From contig JAPPJC010000081.1 in NCBI GenBank assembly GCA_028820455.1, positions 14,807-78,806 on the forward strand: DNA of 64,000 nucleotides. Direction: 5' to 3'. The notes under the pieces were generated by a model. That model was not told the origin of the DNA, did not search any database, and worked only from the letters and a program-made list of their open reading frames with translations. A program made the translations under genes and the position numbers. The DNA is from Acidimicrobiaceae bacterium (lineage in GTDB: Bacteria; Actinomycetota; Acidimicrobiia; Acidimicrobiales; Aldehydirespiratoraceae). Every line of letters starts with the position of its first letter. Position 1 is the first letter of the stretch. This document shows, piece after piece, positions 8,611 through 19,683 of this stretch.

Positions 8611-10113
8611 TCAGTAGCGGTAGGTCTCCTTCTTGTAGGGGCCTTCTATGCTGATTCCGCTGTATTCTGCTTGCTGAGGCGTTAACTTAGTGAGACGCAC
8701 CCCTAAAGCATCTAAATGTAGACGTGCTACCTCTTCATCGAGATGTCTGGGCAATGTCTTTATGATTGTAGGCATATTCGTGCCATTGGCGAATAGATCC
8801 ATCTGTGCCAGTACCTGATTGGTAAAGCTGCAAGACATGACAAAGCTGGGATGACCTGTAGCGTTGCCGAGATTGAGTAGGCGTCCTTCAGAGAGTATGA
8901 TCACACTGTGACCATCACTGAACACATACTCGTCCACTTGTGGCTTAATATTCTTTTGTGTTATACCTGGCGTGCTCTTCAGGCCCGCTATGTCAATCTC
9001 GTTGTCGAAATGGCCGATATTGCCAACAACAGCCATGTCTTTCATTGCAGCCATATGTTCTGCTTGAATTACGTTTGAACAGCCAGTAGCTGTGATGAAG
9101 ATATCACCGATTGAGAGAACTTCTTCAAGCGTGTTGACTTCGTATCCCTCCATTGCAGCTTGCAAAGCACAGATCGGGTCGACTTCTGTGACAATAACCC
9201 GGGCTCCTTGACCACGAAATGCTGAAGCGCAGCCTTTACCAACGTCACCGTAGCCACAGACCACGGCCACTCTGCCACTGATCATTACGTCTGTAGCACG
9301 GTTTATGCCGTCGATCAATGACTGCCGGCATCCGTAGTAGTTGTCGAACTTTGATTTTGTAACCGAGCTGTTCACATTGATTGCGGGAAACAGCAGTTCA
9401 CCCCGATCTTTCATCTGTTGAAGACGTCTTACACCGGTAGTGGTTTCTTCTGATACACCAAGGATGTCCGGAACTCTGCGTCGAAAGAAATAAGGATCGT
9501 TTATCGCTATGGTCTTTAGAGATTCCAGGAATATCTTCCATTCCTCAGAGTCATCTTCGCTTGGAACGGGTATAGAACCTGCTTGTTCGAATTCTATGCC
9601 TTTATGTGCTAGTAAAGTAGCGTCACCACCGTCATCGACAATGAGGTTTGGACCGAGATGAGAATCAGTAGTATCATTCTCCCAACGAAATATCTGCGAA
9701 TTGCACCACCAGTATTCTTCGAGGGTTTCACCTTTCCAAGCGAATACAGGTACACCACGAGGCTCTTCCAAAGTACCTCTGGGTCCGACTGCCACAGCTG
9801 CAGCGGCATGGTCTTCAGTTGAAAATATGTTGCAACCGGCCCAACGTACACGAGCCCCTAAGTCGACCAGAGTTTCGATAAGCACTGCTGTCTGAATTGT
9901 CATATGCAAAGAACCCGCTATGCGAGCACCGGTTAGAGGTTGACTATCGCGATAGCGAGATCGTAGTGCCATAAGGCCGGGCATTTCATGCTCAGCGAGG
10001 CGTATTTCTTCACGTCCGAAAGAAGCCAACGAAAGGTCAGCTACCTTGAAGTCGCCGAAACTGCTATTAGCTTCCGAGCTGTTCTTCTCAGCTAAGGATT
10101 TGCCCTCAATCAT
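8611..10113 (-). CDS. ahcY: Adenosylhomocysteinase
   Basis: The ORF is colinear with actinobacterial SahH. Matching segments include [46 protein letters not shown], the NAD site [10 protein letters not shown] and the C-terminal PYKKETYRY. The start at MIEGK (10113) fits the usual N-terminal length. A longer ORF extends to 10152. Confidence 0.95.
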   Translation of the reverse strand: MIEGKSLAEKNSSEANSSFGDFKVADLSLASFGREEIRLAEHEMPGLMALRSRYRDSQPLTGARIAGSLHMTIQTAVLIETLVDLGARVRWAGCNIFSTEDHAAAAVAVGPRGTLEEPRGVPVFAWKGETLEEYWWCNSQIFRWENDTTDSHLGPNLIVDDGGDATLLAHKGIEFEQAGSIPVPSEDDSEEWKIFLESLKTIAINDPYFFRRRVPDILGVSEETTTGVRRLQQMKDRGELLFPAINVNSSVTKSKFDNYYGCRQSLIDGINRATDVMISGRVAVVCGYGDVGKGCASAFRGQGARVIVTEVDPICALQAAMEGYEVNTLEEVLSIGDIFITATGCSNVIQAEHMAAMKDMAVVGNIGHFDNEIDIAGLKSTPGITQKNIKPQVDEYVFSDGHSVIILSEGRLLNLGNATGHPSFVMSCSFTNQVLAQMDLFANGTNMPTIIKTLPRHLDEEVARLHLDALGVRLTKLTPQQAEYSGISIEGPYKKETYRY

Positions 10114-10219
10114 TGATATTGTGTAGTCCCTTCTTAATCTCAATTTATGCATAGTAGCGCACTTATTTTGAATCCAACTTTGAATTCAGCATTACGCAAA
10201 TTGTGAAGGCGAAAAAAGT

Positions 10220-11482
10220 TCAACCCCACTGATCTTTAGAGCACACAAATGCCGTCCCGAGCCCTTTTAGGTTGATTAGTTCTTCTGAAAAAGAAATCCA
10301 TGCTGCTTGACCTCGTTCAAGGGTGAGATTATTGACTTGAACACGGCCATTGGTACACAACAATATAGCAGGACCACTTTGAATGGCAGTAGAAAAGTCG
10401 GATTGCAGTTCTATTCGTGTAAGCGAGAATTCTGTGGCGTGGGATTCATAAGTGGTAATTCCGTGAGTTGTTTTGGGTTGTTGTATTTCTATCGCCAATG
10501 GGGTTGTGTCGATGACCTCGAGCAAGGTGTTGATATCAGTGTGCTTGCTAGTGAGACCGCCACGTACAACATTGTCTGAGCAGGCCATTACCTCTACTGC
10601 AGAACCACGCAGATAACAGTGAGGTGTTCCCGGGGGTAAAAACATTGCTTCACCTGGCCTCAATATAATATAGTTCAGCAGTAAAGACACAATTACACCA
10701 GCGTCTTGCGGATAATGTTCTCCTAGCTTGATAGCAGTGGTCAGTTGCCTTATCCACTGCTGCCAGTGGTAGGAAGTGTCGGCCACTTCGGTGTTTGAGT
10801 CTGCTGGGATTCTCGTTTTGTCAGTATCGGTTGTCCAGGGGGATGTGTCGACATTTCGTGCAACAATTTCCGAGCATACTCGCAGCATAGAGTTTAGAAG
10901 CATGGCAACTTCAGTTTTTTCTAACGACAGCAACCAACCAACTAGAGCGTGTAGTCCTTGTGGTGAAAGTTTTTTCCGCAATTGATCGCGCATTGGATCG
11001 AGTTCTTTTGAATGAATAGTATCCAAAAGGGCTAGCGTAAACTGAACGTCACGAAAGCCACATAACAATTCAAAAGAGGTGAGTGCACAAACCAGCTCAG
11101 GTTTATGGCAAGAATCCCGAAAGGATCGCTTAGGAGAGTCGATTGGAATTCCCATAGCTTGTTCACGTTTGAATCCTTCTTGAGCTTGCTCAACAGTTGG
11201 ATGAACCTGTAGAGATAGAGGATGTTCCACAGCCAGGACTTTCATCAAGAATGGAAGATTTTTTGATGTCGATGTGATATCAGAGCCAAGTAAATTGTGT
11301 GGATCCTTGGAAATCAGAAGGTTTAAAGGTTTGTCGTCCACTGTGGCTGGAGCTGTGGGATGTGCGCCTAACCACAATTCCGCCCAAGGCTTGCCGTTTG
11401 GGGGTAGCCCAAGCAGATGAGGGATAACAGTAGGCGATCCCCAGTCATAATGCCGCACTACTCCTTTCAATATTTTTACCAT
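10220..11482 (-). CDS. manA: Mannose-6-phosphate isomerase, class I
   Basis: MVKILKGVVRHYDWGS..., LSLQVHP and HCYLRGSAVEVMACSDNVVRGGLT are typical type I PMI motifs. Start chosen at 11482; the ORF extends to 11509. Confidence 0.9.
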   Translation of the reverse strand: MVKILKGVVRHYDWGSPTVIPHLLGLPPNGKPWAELWLGAHPTAPATVDDKPLNLLISKDPHNLLGSDITSTSKNLPFLMKVLAVEHPLSLQVHPTVEQAQEGFKREQAMGIPIDSPKRSFRDSCHKPELVCALTSFELLCGFRDVQFTLALLDTIHSKELDPMRDQLRKKLSPQGLHALVGWLLSLEKTEVAMLLNSMLRVCSEIVARNVDTSPWTTDTDKTRIPADSNTEVADTSYHWQQWIRQLTTAIKLGEHYPQDAGVIVSLLLNYIILRPGEAMFLPPGTPHCYLRGSAVEVMACSDNVVRGGLTSKHTDINTLLEVIDTTPLAIEIQQPKTTHGITTYESHATEFSLTRIELQSDFSTAIQSGPAILLCTNGRVQVNNLTLERGQAAWISFSEELINLKGLGTAFVCSKDQWG

Positions 11483-11571
11483 GATCGTAATTAGAGTAGC
11501 CCACAACAATGCTCAGAAGTATATACTCATAAATCCTGAGATACTGTGCAACACAGCCTGATAGCACAGAT

Positions 11572-11790
11572 TTATAAGTCGTTCTCCTTTGTTTTATTCT
11601 TTAGGCGTTGATGTCCGGTATCATTGATTGGTTGTGCTTCCCCCACAAGCATGACTGGAATACCGTCGACTATCCGATAAAGTAGCTTCATACGGGGATT
11701 GTAAAGACACTTTTCGTCTTCGAAGTAAAGTAGCGGGCCCTTGTCTGCGGGGCATGCCAATATTTTCAACAGCGATAAGTCAAGTGCCAT
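11572..11790 (-). CDS. Trm112-family small zinc-ribbon-like protein
   Basis: MALDLSLLKILACPADKGPLLYFEDE...YRIVDGIPVMLVGEA matches the Trm112/UPF0434 pattern. Its position between manA and pmm is as in other actinobacteria. Confidence 0.8.
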   Translation of the reverse strand: MALDLSLLKILACPADKGPLLYFEDEKCLYNPRMKLLYRIVDGIPVMLVGEAQPINDTGHQRLKNKTKENDL

Positions 11791-11846
11791 TTTGTTGCCA
11801 TTTTGTTCGCGATTCAAGTTGCCACAGGTCAAGTTTTAGTGGCATT

Positions 11847-13223
11847 TCAATGATCGACATCTGGTTTAGCCGCTTCTGACAAAACCAGAGTTTGTATTTG
11901 TTTGACTCTATCTTCTACGATAGCAGGTGTATCCGCTTCTAGGTTCAGCCTCAACAGTGGCTCTGTATTCGATGGTCTGAGATTAAACCACCACTTGTGA
12001 CAACGGACGGTAAGACCGTCAAGGCGATCTTGATCTTCGCCGTTGAAATAGGCGGCCACTCTGTTGATCACAGAGTCTACATCGGATACTTGCATGTTGA
12101 TTTCCCCTGAAGCTGAGTAGCGGTGCAAAGGCGCGATCGAATCGCTGAAACTTTCTTCATGTCGACTAAGAGCTTCCAAAACCAAAAGAGTGGCAATCAT
12201 CGCACTGTCAGCATTGTAGTTGTCTTTGAAATAGTAGTGACCGGAATGTTCACCACCGAATGCAGCACCAGTGGACCTCATAAGTTGCTTCATGAAAGAA
12301 TGTCCCACTCTACTTCGCACAGCTCTCCCCCCGTTTTCTGCTATAACTTCAGGCACAGAAGCGGAGCAGATCAAGTTGTGAATGATGACGCTTTTTGGTT
12401 CACGCTGAAGTATTTCCTTGGAGATTAAAGCGGTTATAAGAGATCCTGATAGTACTTGTGCTTTTTCATCTACTACGAACACACGGTCTGCATCTCCATC
12501 GAAAGCCAAACCAATGTCAGCTGATGAGTTCAAGACTTGATTTTGTAGGTCTAACAAGTTTTTTGGCTGGAGCGGGTCGGCGGGATGGTTGGGGAAGGTT
12601 CCGTCAAGTTCGGGGTACATCACATCAAGTTGAAAAGGCAACCTGTCGAACACGGCTGGAACTACAAGCCCGGCCATACCGTTAGCAGCATCTACCACAA
12701 CTCTAAGGGGTCGCAAAACAGATTTGTCTATGAAAGCCAAGACATGATCCACATAGTCGGAGAGCATGTTCTGATTAGTAACGGTGCCAGGTATTGCTAC
12801 CGAAGGCGATGTACGCTTTTTCGCTAAAGTTTTGATTTCCTCAAGTCCGGTAGCAGCACCGATGGGAGCAGCCCCAGCCCCACACAGTTTGATGCCGTTG
12901 TAACCTACCGGGTTGTGTGAAGCTGTAAACATCGCACCAGGTGTGTTGAACAAGCCTGATGCGAAGTAAACCATTTCTGTGGCACACAAGCCGATGTCAA
13001 CAACGTCTATGCCCGCATCAACAATTCCAGCGGTGAACGCTTTCAACAGTTCAACACCATCAGGACGCATATCGCGCCCCACTACTATCCTTGAAGCCCC
13101 GAAGTTTTTGACATAGTTGGCGAATGCAGTTCCTATTCGGTTGCAAATCCCAGTGTTCATCTGGTCGTCGACAGTGCCGCGGATATCGTAAGCTTTGAAA
13201 ATAGTGTCGAGGTTGTTATTCAC
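11847..13223 (-). CDS. manB: Phosphomannomutase/phosphoglucomutase
   Basis: 458 aa. Contains the active-site TASHNP, the Mg site FDGDADR and GGEHSGHYYF. The start overlaps the stop of the upstream gene by 4 nt (ATGA). Confidence 0.92.
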   Translation of the reverse strand: MNNNLDTIFKAYDIRGTVDDQMNTGICNRIGTAFANYVKNFGASRIVVGRDMRPDGVELLKAFTAGIVDAGIDVVDIGLCATEMVYFASGLFNTPGAMFTASHNPVGYNGIKLCGAGAAPIGAATGLEEIKTLAKKRTSPSVAIPGTVTNQNMLSDYVDHVLAFIDKSVLRPLRVVVDAANGMAGLVVPAVFDRLPFQLDVMYPELDGTFPNHPADPLQPKNLLDLQNQVLNSSADIGLAFDGDADRVFVVDEKAQVLSGSLITALISKEILQREPKSVIIHNLICSASVPEVIAENGGRAVRSRVGHSFMKQLMRSTGAAFGGEHSGHYYFKDNYNADSAMIATLLVLEALSRHEESFSDSIAPLHRYSASGEINMQVSDVDSVINRVAAYFNGEDQDRLDGLTVRCHKWWFNLRPSNTEPLLRLNLEADTPAIVEDRVKQIQTLVLSEAAKPDVDH

Positions 13224-16200
13224 TTTTGATGCTTAAGTGGGTTGGCGACAGTACGTGTTTTCGTTGTTCTAGCACCTTGCAGAAAAAGTAATCCGATTAT
13301 TATGAGTCCGATGAGTGTGCTTAAGTGCGAGAACCGTTCGACACTGCTGTAGTCATAATAGAGGCTCACTTCGGTTTTTGTGGGCACTACAACCATGAGG
13401 TTGGGTGTAACTCGGTACGGCCCTTCTGCGCCTTCTACAGACCAGTTGGGGAAAAATGATGTACTGACCAATACTGGTACACCCACGTTGCTGACTGAGA
13501 AGGATATCCGGTGAGGCTGGTATTCTGTTCCGGTTACCTCGGTTGTGGCAGTGATTGCATGACGCGGTAGTTCATTGTTCAGCGTCTCGGCTAAGTGGAG
13601 CATCTTTTTCTTTCGGGGTGTATCACTTTGACGGGGCGAATTAATTGGTTCATCAATGTTGAAATCTTCGACAAGTGAAGCCATTGCTACCTTGGGCCAT
13701 TCGATTGGACCCTCAGATGCGAGTAATGGAATACTGTCATCTGCTAGAAATGCCCCCACGCCAACTGTTAGCCAGTCGTCTGCTGAGTTAGGTATGTCCT
13801 CCACTACTACAGGCAACGTGCTTAGAGGTTTTATCCGCTCACTATCGGCTACCGAGAATATGACCCACGGACCAGAAGTTGCTATTTCGGTTAGTCCAGT
13901 CGTTTGACGTGCTTGATTCACCGCTTCGGAAGAGAGAGCCAGGTAGTAGCGCACACCCAAGAGTTTTAGATGTTCCAAGCCTTTGGCTACATCAAGATTT
14001 GAGTATGGCAGATCGCGTTGAGCGCGTGAAGGTGCTGCTGAAAGTTCTGACTGCATCAAAAAATGGTAAGGTGTTGTAGCGGATGACTCAAAATAGAGGC
14101 CTTCCATTGATCCAATGCATCTATCGGTATAGTGTGGTAAAAGCATTGCCGCCATTGGCGAACCGTAAGAGTTGAGCTTTCCTGCTTCGTATTCCCACAG
14201 AGATGGGCCGCAACCGTAATCGGAGCCCACAGCTTGTAACGTTTCGATTAGGTTTTGGTATTCAACTAGGTCTTGGTGTTCAACATACCTGCTATCAGAT
14301 TCTTCTGCTGGTCTTTGTTGGTATCCTCTGTAGTTGTATTCAACCCAGTGTGGGCCAGGATTGGCATATAAATTGCGTCCTATCGTACTGATAATCAGGC
14401 CGATGGCTAGCAGAGTGGCCGCGAATCCGAGTCCTGCAGTCCACCCTCTATCCAATGTGTTTTCGACTGCTTGTCCTGTGACAATGGCTTTTCTCAAAAA
14501 AGCAGTGAAGAACCGCAGGATCTCACCCAGTCCGAGCAAGGCCAAGGTATATACCAGGAAGTAGTAGAAGGGAAGCAACCGGGTGTTCCATAGTCGTCCC
14601 TCAGGAAGCAGTATAAAGCCCACAGCGAAAATTAGTGTGGTTACAGCTAATACCACTATGAAATGGTTGCGACGTCGGAAAAGAACCTGAACGAATCCTA
14701 TAACTGCTGCCAATGCTGCCAATACAACAAAAACCTGCAAAACAGGCACATTCACCAAGAAGGTCTCATCAAATTGTGACCGAGACCACAGTGCAGACAG
14801 GTAGCTTCGCCTTTTTACCCAGCCCATGTTATTGTACATTGCCCGATTCCACCAAAATGGCAATACCCACCAACTGCTCAAGGCTGCGGCTAATGCCCCC
14901 ATCGTAATTGTCCACCGAAAAACCGTTTTGTCGCGAAGCATCGTTAGAGCTTTTTTAGTGGTTCGGCTATTCTTCGTGATGGGTTGTTGCCTTTTGAAAT
15001 ACTTGTAATGCCAGGGAAGTATTAGGAGCATGGCTCCAGTGGCTGCAAGAGCTAAGAAAGCTGTGATTAGATGAGTCAGGCCGGTGAGTGCCAACAGTAT
15101 GGCAGCAAGAATTTTATGGTTGCCTGTTTTCATACCGTGGAATGCCACGCCCATATAGAAAACTGCGCAAAGCAAGCCGAGAGAATAGGCGAACTCCCCT
15201 GCCATGGTAGACATCAGATTGCCGCCGTAGATATTCTGCGAACGGTCGAACACGAACAGAACAGCAGCTACCGCCGCTAGAGCAGGACCTGGAAAAGCAA
15301 CATCTGCCAGACGCGCCATTGTGTAGGCAGCTATTGGCAGGAACACGACTCCGGCTATACCTACCAGTTTTATGGCAACTTCGTAAGGTACCGGAATAAT
15401 GAGCAAGATCGAAACCACTGCCAGTGTTGTTATGGGCAAGCGAAAATATCGCCAGTGAACACTGAGAGTTATAAAATTGTAAAGTCTTTGTGGGAGTACT
15501 GACCGAGCTAGACTAAAACTTAGCGTGGTTGTGTTGTTGTTGCCGTTATCTGTTGAGCCGAGGCCATCTCGTTTCGCAGGCTTCTGAGATGCAGTTTTAC
15601 GACTTTTTGAAAATTGTGCTGCACCTGGAGATGTAAGAGCCGTCGCTGTCGGTGAATGTGAAAATGAAGACCACACCAGCCGCCCACAAGCTATTGGAAG
15701 TAGTACGCAAGCTAGAAACAAGTCTACTGATGTGTCATTATAAGTAAATTCAAATAATTCAAATAATATAAAAGATACGGTACGGCCATCCAAACTATTT
15801 AAAATCACTGATATTACAATTGCTGCTAGAGCAGCAATCAGACTTGCCAGAGGAGCAAACAGGCTGTTAAGAGGTGGTGGAAAGTTGATGATGTGCAACT
15901 TTTCCTGCTTAGTTCTCAAGTAGCTTGCTATATTCCAGGCAATCATCCCTCCGCTCAAGCTCATGGCCATTAACGCGTAAATGCCCATAGAAATTTGTGA
16001 ACTGACATTCAAGATCACAATCAAAATAAATGGGGTCACCATGTAAAAAGTGAAAACAGGAAACCCTACATACCAATCATGTGACCATCCGGTAAGACGT
16101 AACTCACTTAAGAGTACATCACGCAGATAAGCGGGAGCCCACACGTGAGCTGCAAAGTCGCCACCAGTTGGCATCGTATCCAGAACCCATAGCCATGGTC

Positions 16201-16357
16201 TTGTGTTTACAACCACGAATAGCGTGGCGAGGGTCACGATACAAGTCGTGGTAAATCTTTCAATCTTTTGGATGGAAGCCATATCAGATAGCACCACATT
16301 AGAAGAATTCGCGTGTGATGTCACTGGTTTTCTCACCTCTTGCTCAGCCATCATCAT
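13220..16357 (-). CDS. Large polytopic membrane protein with C-terminal extracytoplasmic domain; putative GT-C-type glycosyltransferase
   Basis: 1045 aa with many TM segments across residues ~40-640. The first-loop motif is MPTGGDFAAHVWAPAYLRD. A soluble domain of about 350 aa follows, then a terminal TM anchor. The gene is translationally coupled to pmm. The functional assignment is inference. Confidence 0.85.
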   Translation of the reverse strand: MMMAEQEVRKPVTSHANSSNVVLSDMASIQKIERFTTTCIVTLATLFVVVNTRPWLWVLDTMPTGGDFAAHVWAPAYLRDVLLSELRLTGWSHDWYVGFPVFTFYMVTPFILIVILNVSSQISMGIYALMAMSLSGGMIAWNIASYLRTKQEKLHIINFPPPLNSLFAPLASLIAALAAIVISVILNSLDGRTVSFILFELFEFTYNDTSVDLFLACVLLPIACGRLVWSSFSHSPTATALTSPGAAQFSKSRKTASQKPAKRDGLGSTDNGNNNTTTLSFSLARSVLPQRLYNFITLSVHWRYFRLPITTLAVVSILLIIPVPYEVAIKLVGIAGVVFLPIAAYTMARLADVAFPGPALAAVAAVLFVFDRSQNIYGGNLMSTMAGEFAYSLGLLCAVFYMGVAFHGMKTGNHKILAAILLALTGLTHLITAFLALAATGAMLLILPWHYKYFKRQQPITKNSRTTKKALTMLRDKTVFRWTITMGALAAALSSWWVLPFWWNRAMYNNMGWVKRRSYLSALWSRSQFDETFLVNVPVLQVFVVLAALAAVIGFVQVLFRRRNHFIVVLAVTTLIFAVGFILLPEGRLWNTRLLPFYYFLVYTLALLGLGEILRFFTAFLRKAIVTGQAVENTLDRGWTAGLGFAATLLAIGLIISTIGRNLYANPGPHWVEYNYRGYQQRPAEESDSRYVEHQDLVEYQNLIETLQAVGSDYGCGPSLWEYEAGKLNSYGSPMAAMLLPHYTDRCIGSMEGLYFESSATTPYHFLMQSELSAAPSRAQRDLPYSNLDVAKGLEHLKLLGVRYYLALSSEAVNQARQTTGLTEIATSGPWVIFSVADSERIKPLSTLPVVVEDIPNSADDWLTVGVGAFLADDSIPLLASEGPIEWPKVAMASLVEDFNIDEPINSPRQSDTPRKKKMLHLAETLNNELPRHAITATTEVTGTEYQPHRISFSVSNVGVPVLVSTSFFPNWSVEGAEGPYRVTPNLMVVVPTKTEVSLYYDYSSVERFSHLSTLIGLIIIGLLFLQGARTTKTRTVANPLKHQK

Positions 16358-16512
16358 ATTTTCGCTGGTTCTGAAAATCTTCGCAGGCAGTAATTATCGG
16401 CTAGATGGTTTGGTTGAGTAGTCAAAAAAAGTTTCGTATTCTCCGTCAAAACCTTACATTTCCACCGAAGTTCTGTAACAGTTCTGTTCTACTTTCGGAG
16501 CAGTAGTCCTTC

Positions 16513-17259
16513 TTACAGTAAATAGAAAATTGTGATTGCATTGAATGACATATGAGATAAGACAGAAGCCCCTATTCGTTCGGTGTGCCAAAATAGGATT
16601 CCCTGTACTGCGCCTACAACCAGCAATCCAGGTAGTTGCAGTAGTTGGAAGTGAGTGACCCCGAAAATAATTGAAACTGCCACTATGGCCAATGCGGAAT
16701 TGAAGCGGTCTTGCAGAGCTCCTTGCACAAGGCCACGGTAGAAGATTTCCTCTACTAGAGGGGCGAATATAATCGACATCAATATCAAAAAGGCTACTTC
16801 AACCGGCGTATGAGCCGTATCGACAAGTTCTTCGGCTACTCTTTCGACGTCTTCTTTTCTGATATCGGAGAAGCCAAAGAAATTGATAATCGCAGATAGA
16901 AGATTGTATAGAATAGGTATTATCGCAAGTTGTAGGGCAGATCCACTGATGATACCAATGGGGATGTCGATGATTCGTATGCGCCAGCCAAGCTGTTTGC
17001 GCCAGTTGAGCTTGTACTTGCGAGCTATGAGTGGTGCACCGACCATTCCTGCCCACAGAGGTAGCTGGAAGAAAAACAGTTGAACCGGTGAAACATGGGT
17101 TAGAACTGATTCTAGCAATGAATCCCTGGAGTCTAATCGTGCATCAAGCTCAAGGTTGTTTGAAACATAGAAAATCCAGGTGAACAAAAAAACACTTGAG
17201 AGACTACCAATAAGCCAGCCAGCGGCAGCCCATTTCAGTCGGTCGTTTGTTGACATCAT
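16513..17259 (-). CDS. CPBP-family intramembrane glutamic endopeptidase (CAAX protease-like)
   Basis: 248 aa. Motifs APLVEEIFYRG, FGVTH and SHMSFN in a multi-TM context. Confidence 0.85.
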   Translation of the reverse strand: MMSTNDRLKWAAAGWLIGSLSSVFLFTWIFYVSNNLELDARLDSRDSLLESVLTHVSPVQLFFFQLPLWAGMVGAPLIARKYKLNWRKQLGWRIRIIDIPIGIISGSALQLAIIPILYNLLSAIINFFGFSDIRKEDVERVAEELVDTAHTPVEVAFLILMSIIFAPLVEEIFYRGLVQGALQDRFNSALAIVAVSIIFGVTHFQLLQLPGLLVVGAVQGILFWHTERIGASVLSHMSFNAITIFYLL

Positions 17260-17706
17260 GTCACTGAGCGATTCTGTTGAATATTCACAGCGAATTGCAG
17301 TATTGTCGCAAGATTGATTTCAATGCTTGTCAAACATGATTGGTTCAAGATAGTTGAGGGAGCATCTAGTTTCGACAGTAAGTTTTCAGTGTATGAAAAT
17401 CTTTAATCCTCGACTCGCATTCAGCATATTTTCCACGCGACCATGAATGATCACCTATTGAATGATCACCAATTTGAAAGTTTCATAACACAGTCCCCAG
17501 TCTCTTTCTAGTAGCCGTGTTTTCCCAGTGGCGGCTGCTCGGCCCGTGTGATACACGATCGCCAATTGGAAGTTCCATGGAGTTGAGAATATAGTTAGTA
17601 AAGTAAAAATTATAGTAGTCGCCCCAAACAAATTATCGCATTTACACATAGACTAGTACATCCAAATGTCATCAGGTCACTCTAGCCTGATCCTGTGGTC
17701 AAAAAT

Positions 17707-19683
17707 ATGCAAAGCACTCCCCCACCACCACCGCGCAAACGACGCAAGCCGTCTCCACTACGGTCGAATTCCTCGGGTTCGAAGAGTTCGAGAAACCATC
17801 CAAAGTATCGGTTGATCTCGTGGATAGCATTTGTCCTTGTTGGTTTGTTTCTTGTGTTCAACGTTATGCGGCCTGATAGTTCCAGCAACGAAGTGCCGTA
17901 CTCCCGCTTTCTTGAGAATGTGGCGGAAGGTTGTGTTGAAGGATTCAAATACAATAATGACACCGGCATTATCCGATTTATTCTCAAGTCCGATCAGTCA
18001 TCAGTTACAAACTGTTCTGTGGGAGGCTTAGTTGACAATCTTGTCACTAGTGGTCCTGTTCCTTTGCCGGATCAACATGTGGAACTGATCAGAGAGCAAG
18101 TACCCGAAGTTCGTTTTGTCACTCCAGAGACGAACTTTTTTATTTCGATGATTCCTTTGATATTGCCTATCGGGCTTTTGATCCTGTTTTTTTGGTGGAT
18201 GCAACGTAAAGCGCAGGGCCAGGTAGGAAACATTATGTCGATCGGTAGAAGTCGTGCAAAGACGTATGCGACCGAACGACCTGACACGACCTTTGATGAT
18301 GTTGCCGGCTATGAAAATGTCAAGCAAGAAATCACCGAGGTTGTCGATTTTTTGAAAAAGTCACATAGTTTTGTAGAGATTGGTGCTCGGGTGCCTAAAG
18401 GTGTTTTACTAGTAGGTCCTCCTGGCACGGGTAAGACACTGATAGCTAAAGCAGTAGCTGGTGAAGCTGGGGTGCCTTTCCTATCGGTAACCGGTTCCGA
18501 CTTTATGGAAATGTTTGTCGGAGTAGGAGCTAGTCGGGTGCGTGATTTGTTTGATTCCGCGAGAAAACTGGGTAAAGCTATCATCTTTATAGATGAGATC
18601 GACTCTATTGGTCGTAAGCGGGGTGCAGGTTTGGGTGGAGGCCACGATGAAAGAGAGCAGACCCTTAATCAAATGCTTTCAGAGATGGATGGTTTTGAAG
18701 CTTCTGAGGGTATTGTTTTGATGGCAGCTACCAACAGGCCTGATATTTTGGATCCCGCATTGCTCAGACCGGGGCGTTTTGATCGGCAGGTGATAGTGCC
18801 GTTACCTGAATTATCCGACCGGGTTGCCATTTTGAAAGTCCACACTAAGGGCAAACGTATAGCTGATGATGTTGACTTGGATGTTGTGGCTCGTAGTACG
18901 CCGGGAATGAGTGGTGCGGACTTGGCCAATCTCATCAACGAAGCAGCACTTTATGCGGTGCGTGACGACAAAGATCAAGTTATGGCTGAGCATATCGAAC
19001 AAGCTCGTGATCGGATAGTCATGGGAATCAAACGTGAATCCATGGCGTTGACAGATGACGAGAAGAAAGCAATCGCCTATCACGAGGCTGGTCACGCGGT
19101 TTGTGCTGCAGTGATGCCTACCGCCGATCCATTACATAAGGTGACGATAATACCCAGTGGCATGGCATTGGGTGTAACCATGCAACTTCCGGAGAATGAC
19201 CGACATCTCTACAGGAGTGATTATATGTTGGATCGGCTAGTAGTCATGTTTGGTGGTCGCGTGGCTGAAGAGATAGTTTTTGGGATTGTCAGCACAGGTG
19301 CCGGTGATGATCTGGTCAAAGCGACAGCCATGGCTCGGTCGATGGTAAGGGAATGGGGTATGTCTGATGAGATAGGGCCTATGGCATGGGGATCTCAGGA
19401 GCAGGTTTTCCTCGGCGAAAACCTTATGCAAACTCGTGATTATAGTGATACCACTGCTCGAGTCATCGATGAGGAGATTGAACGCATTCTACGTGAACAG
19501 TTAGAACGTTGCCGTCAAACGCTTTTAGAATACAGTGACGCACTTGACGAGGTAGCCCGATCATTGCTTGAACATGAAACAATAGATGGTAAAGCGGTAG
19601 AACGTATCGTGGAATCCTCCGTGGAATCCTCGCGGATATCTCAAGAAATTTCAGCAATTTCTCCGACTACTAGTTCTGTCTAG
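17707..19683 (+). CDS. ftsH: ATP-dependent zinc metalloprotease FtsH
   Basis: Walker A GPPGTGKT, Walker [12 protein letters not shown] region and zinc site HEAGHAV. The start is ATG 17707 or GTG 17695. The 3' end overlaps the convergent fcl gene by 14 nt. Confidence 0.95.
   Translation: MQSTPPPPPRKRRKPSPLRSNSSGSKSSRNHPKYRLISWIAFVLVGLFLVFNVMRPDSSSNEVPYSRFLENVAEGCVEGFKYNNDTGIIRFILKSDQSSVTNCSVGGLVDNLVTSGPVPLPDQHVELIREQVPEVRFVTPETNFFISMIPLILPIGLLILFFWWMQRKAQGQVGNIMSIGRSRAKTYATERPDTTFDDVAGYENVKQEITEVVDFLKKSHSFVEIGARVPKGVLLVGPPGTGKTLIAKAVAGEAGVPFLSVTGSDFMEMFVGVGASRVRDLFDSARKLGKAIIFIDEIDSIGRKRGAGLGGGHDEREQTLNQMLSEMDGFEASEGIVLMAATNRPDILDPALLRPGRFDRQVIVPLPELSDRVAILKVHTKGKRIADDVDLDVVARSTPGMSGADLANLINEAALYAVRDDKDQVMAEHIEQARDRIVMGIKRESMALTDDEKKAIAYHEAGHAVCAAVMPTADPLHKVTIIPSGMALGVTMQLPENDRHLYRSDYMLDRLVVMFGGRVAEEIVFGIVSTGAGDDLVKATAMARSMVREWGMSDEIGPMAWGSQEQVFLGENLMQTRDYSDTTARVIDEEIERILREQLERCRQTLLEYSDALDEVARSLLEHETIDGKAVERIVESSVESSRISQEISAISPTTSSV

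Noticed and set aside
10114-10219. SAH riboswitch upstream of ahcY
   Set aside because: Only about 100 bp of AT-rich spacer follows the manA stop, and it has none of the GC-rich pseudoknot elements of the SAH riboswitch. ahcY is more likely co-transcribed with manA.
17444-17470. TGAATGATCACC x2 (period 15) upstream of ftsH as a regulatory site
   Set aside because: This is a 12-bp repeat seen once in a 430-bp spacer. It is plausible but too short to distinguish from chance without comparative data.
19670-19683. The 14-nt overlap of the ftsH and fcl 3' ends as a sign of a frameshift or mis-assembly
   Set aside because: Both proteins are full length with intact C-terminal regions. Short convergent overlaps are common in compact genomes.
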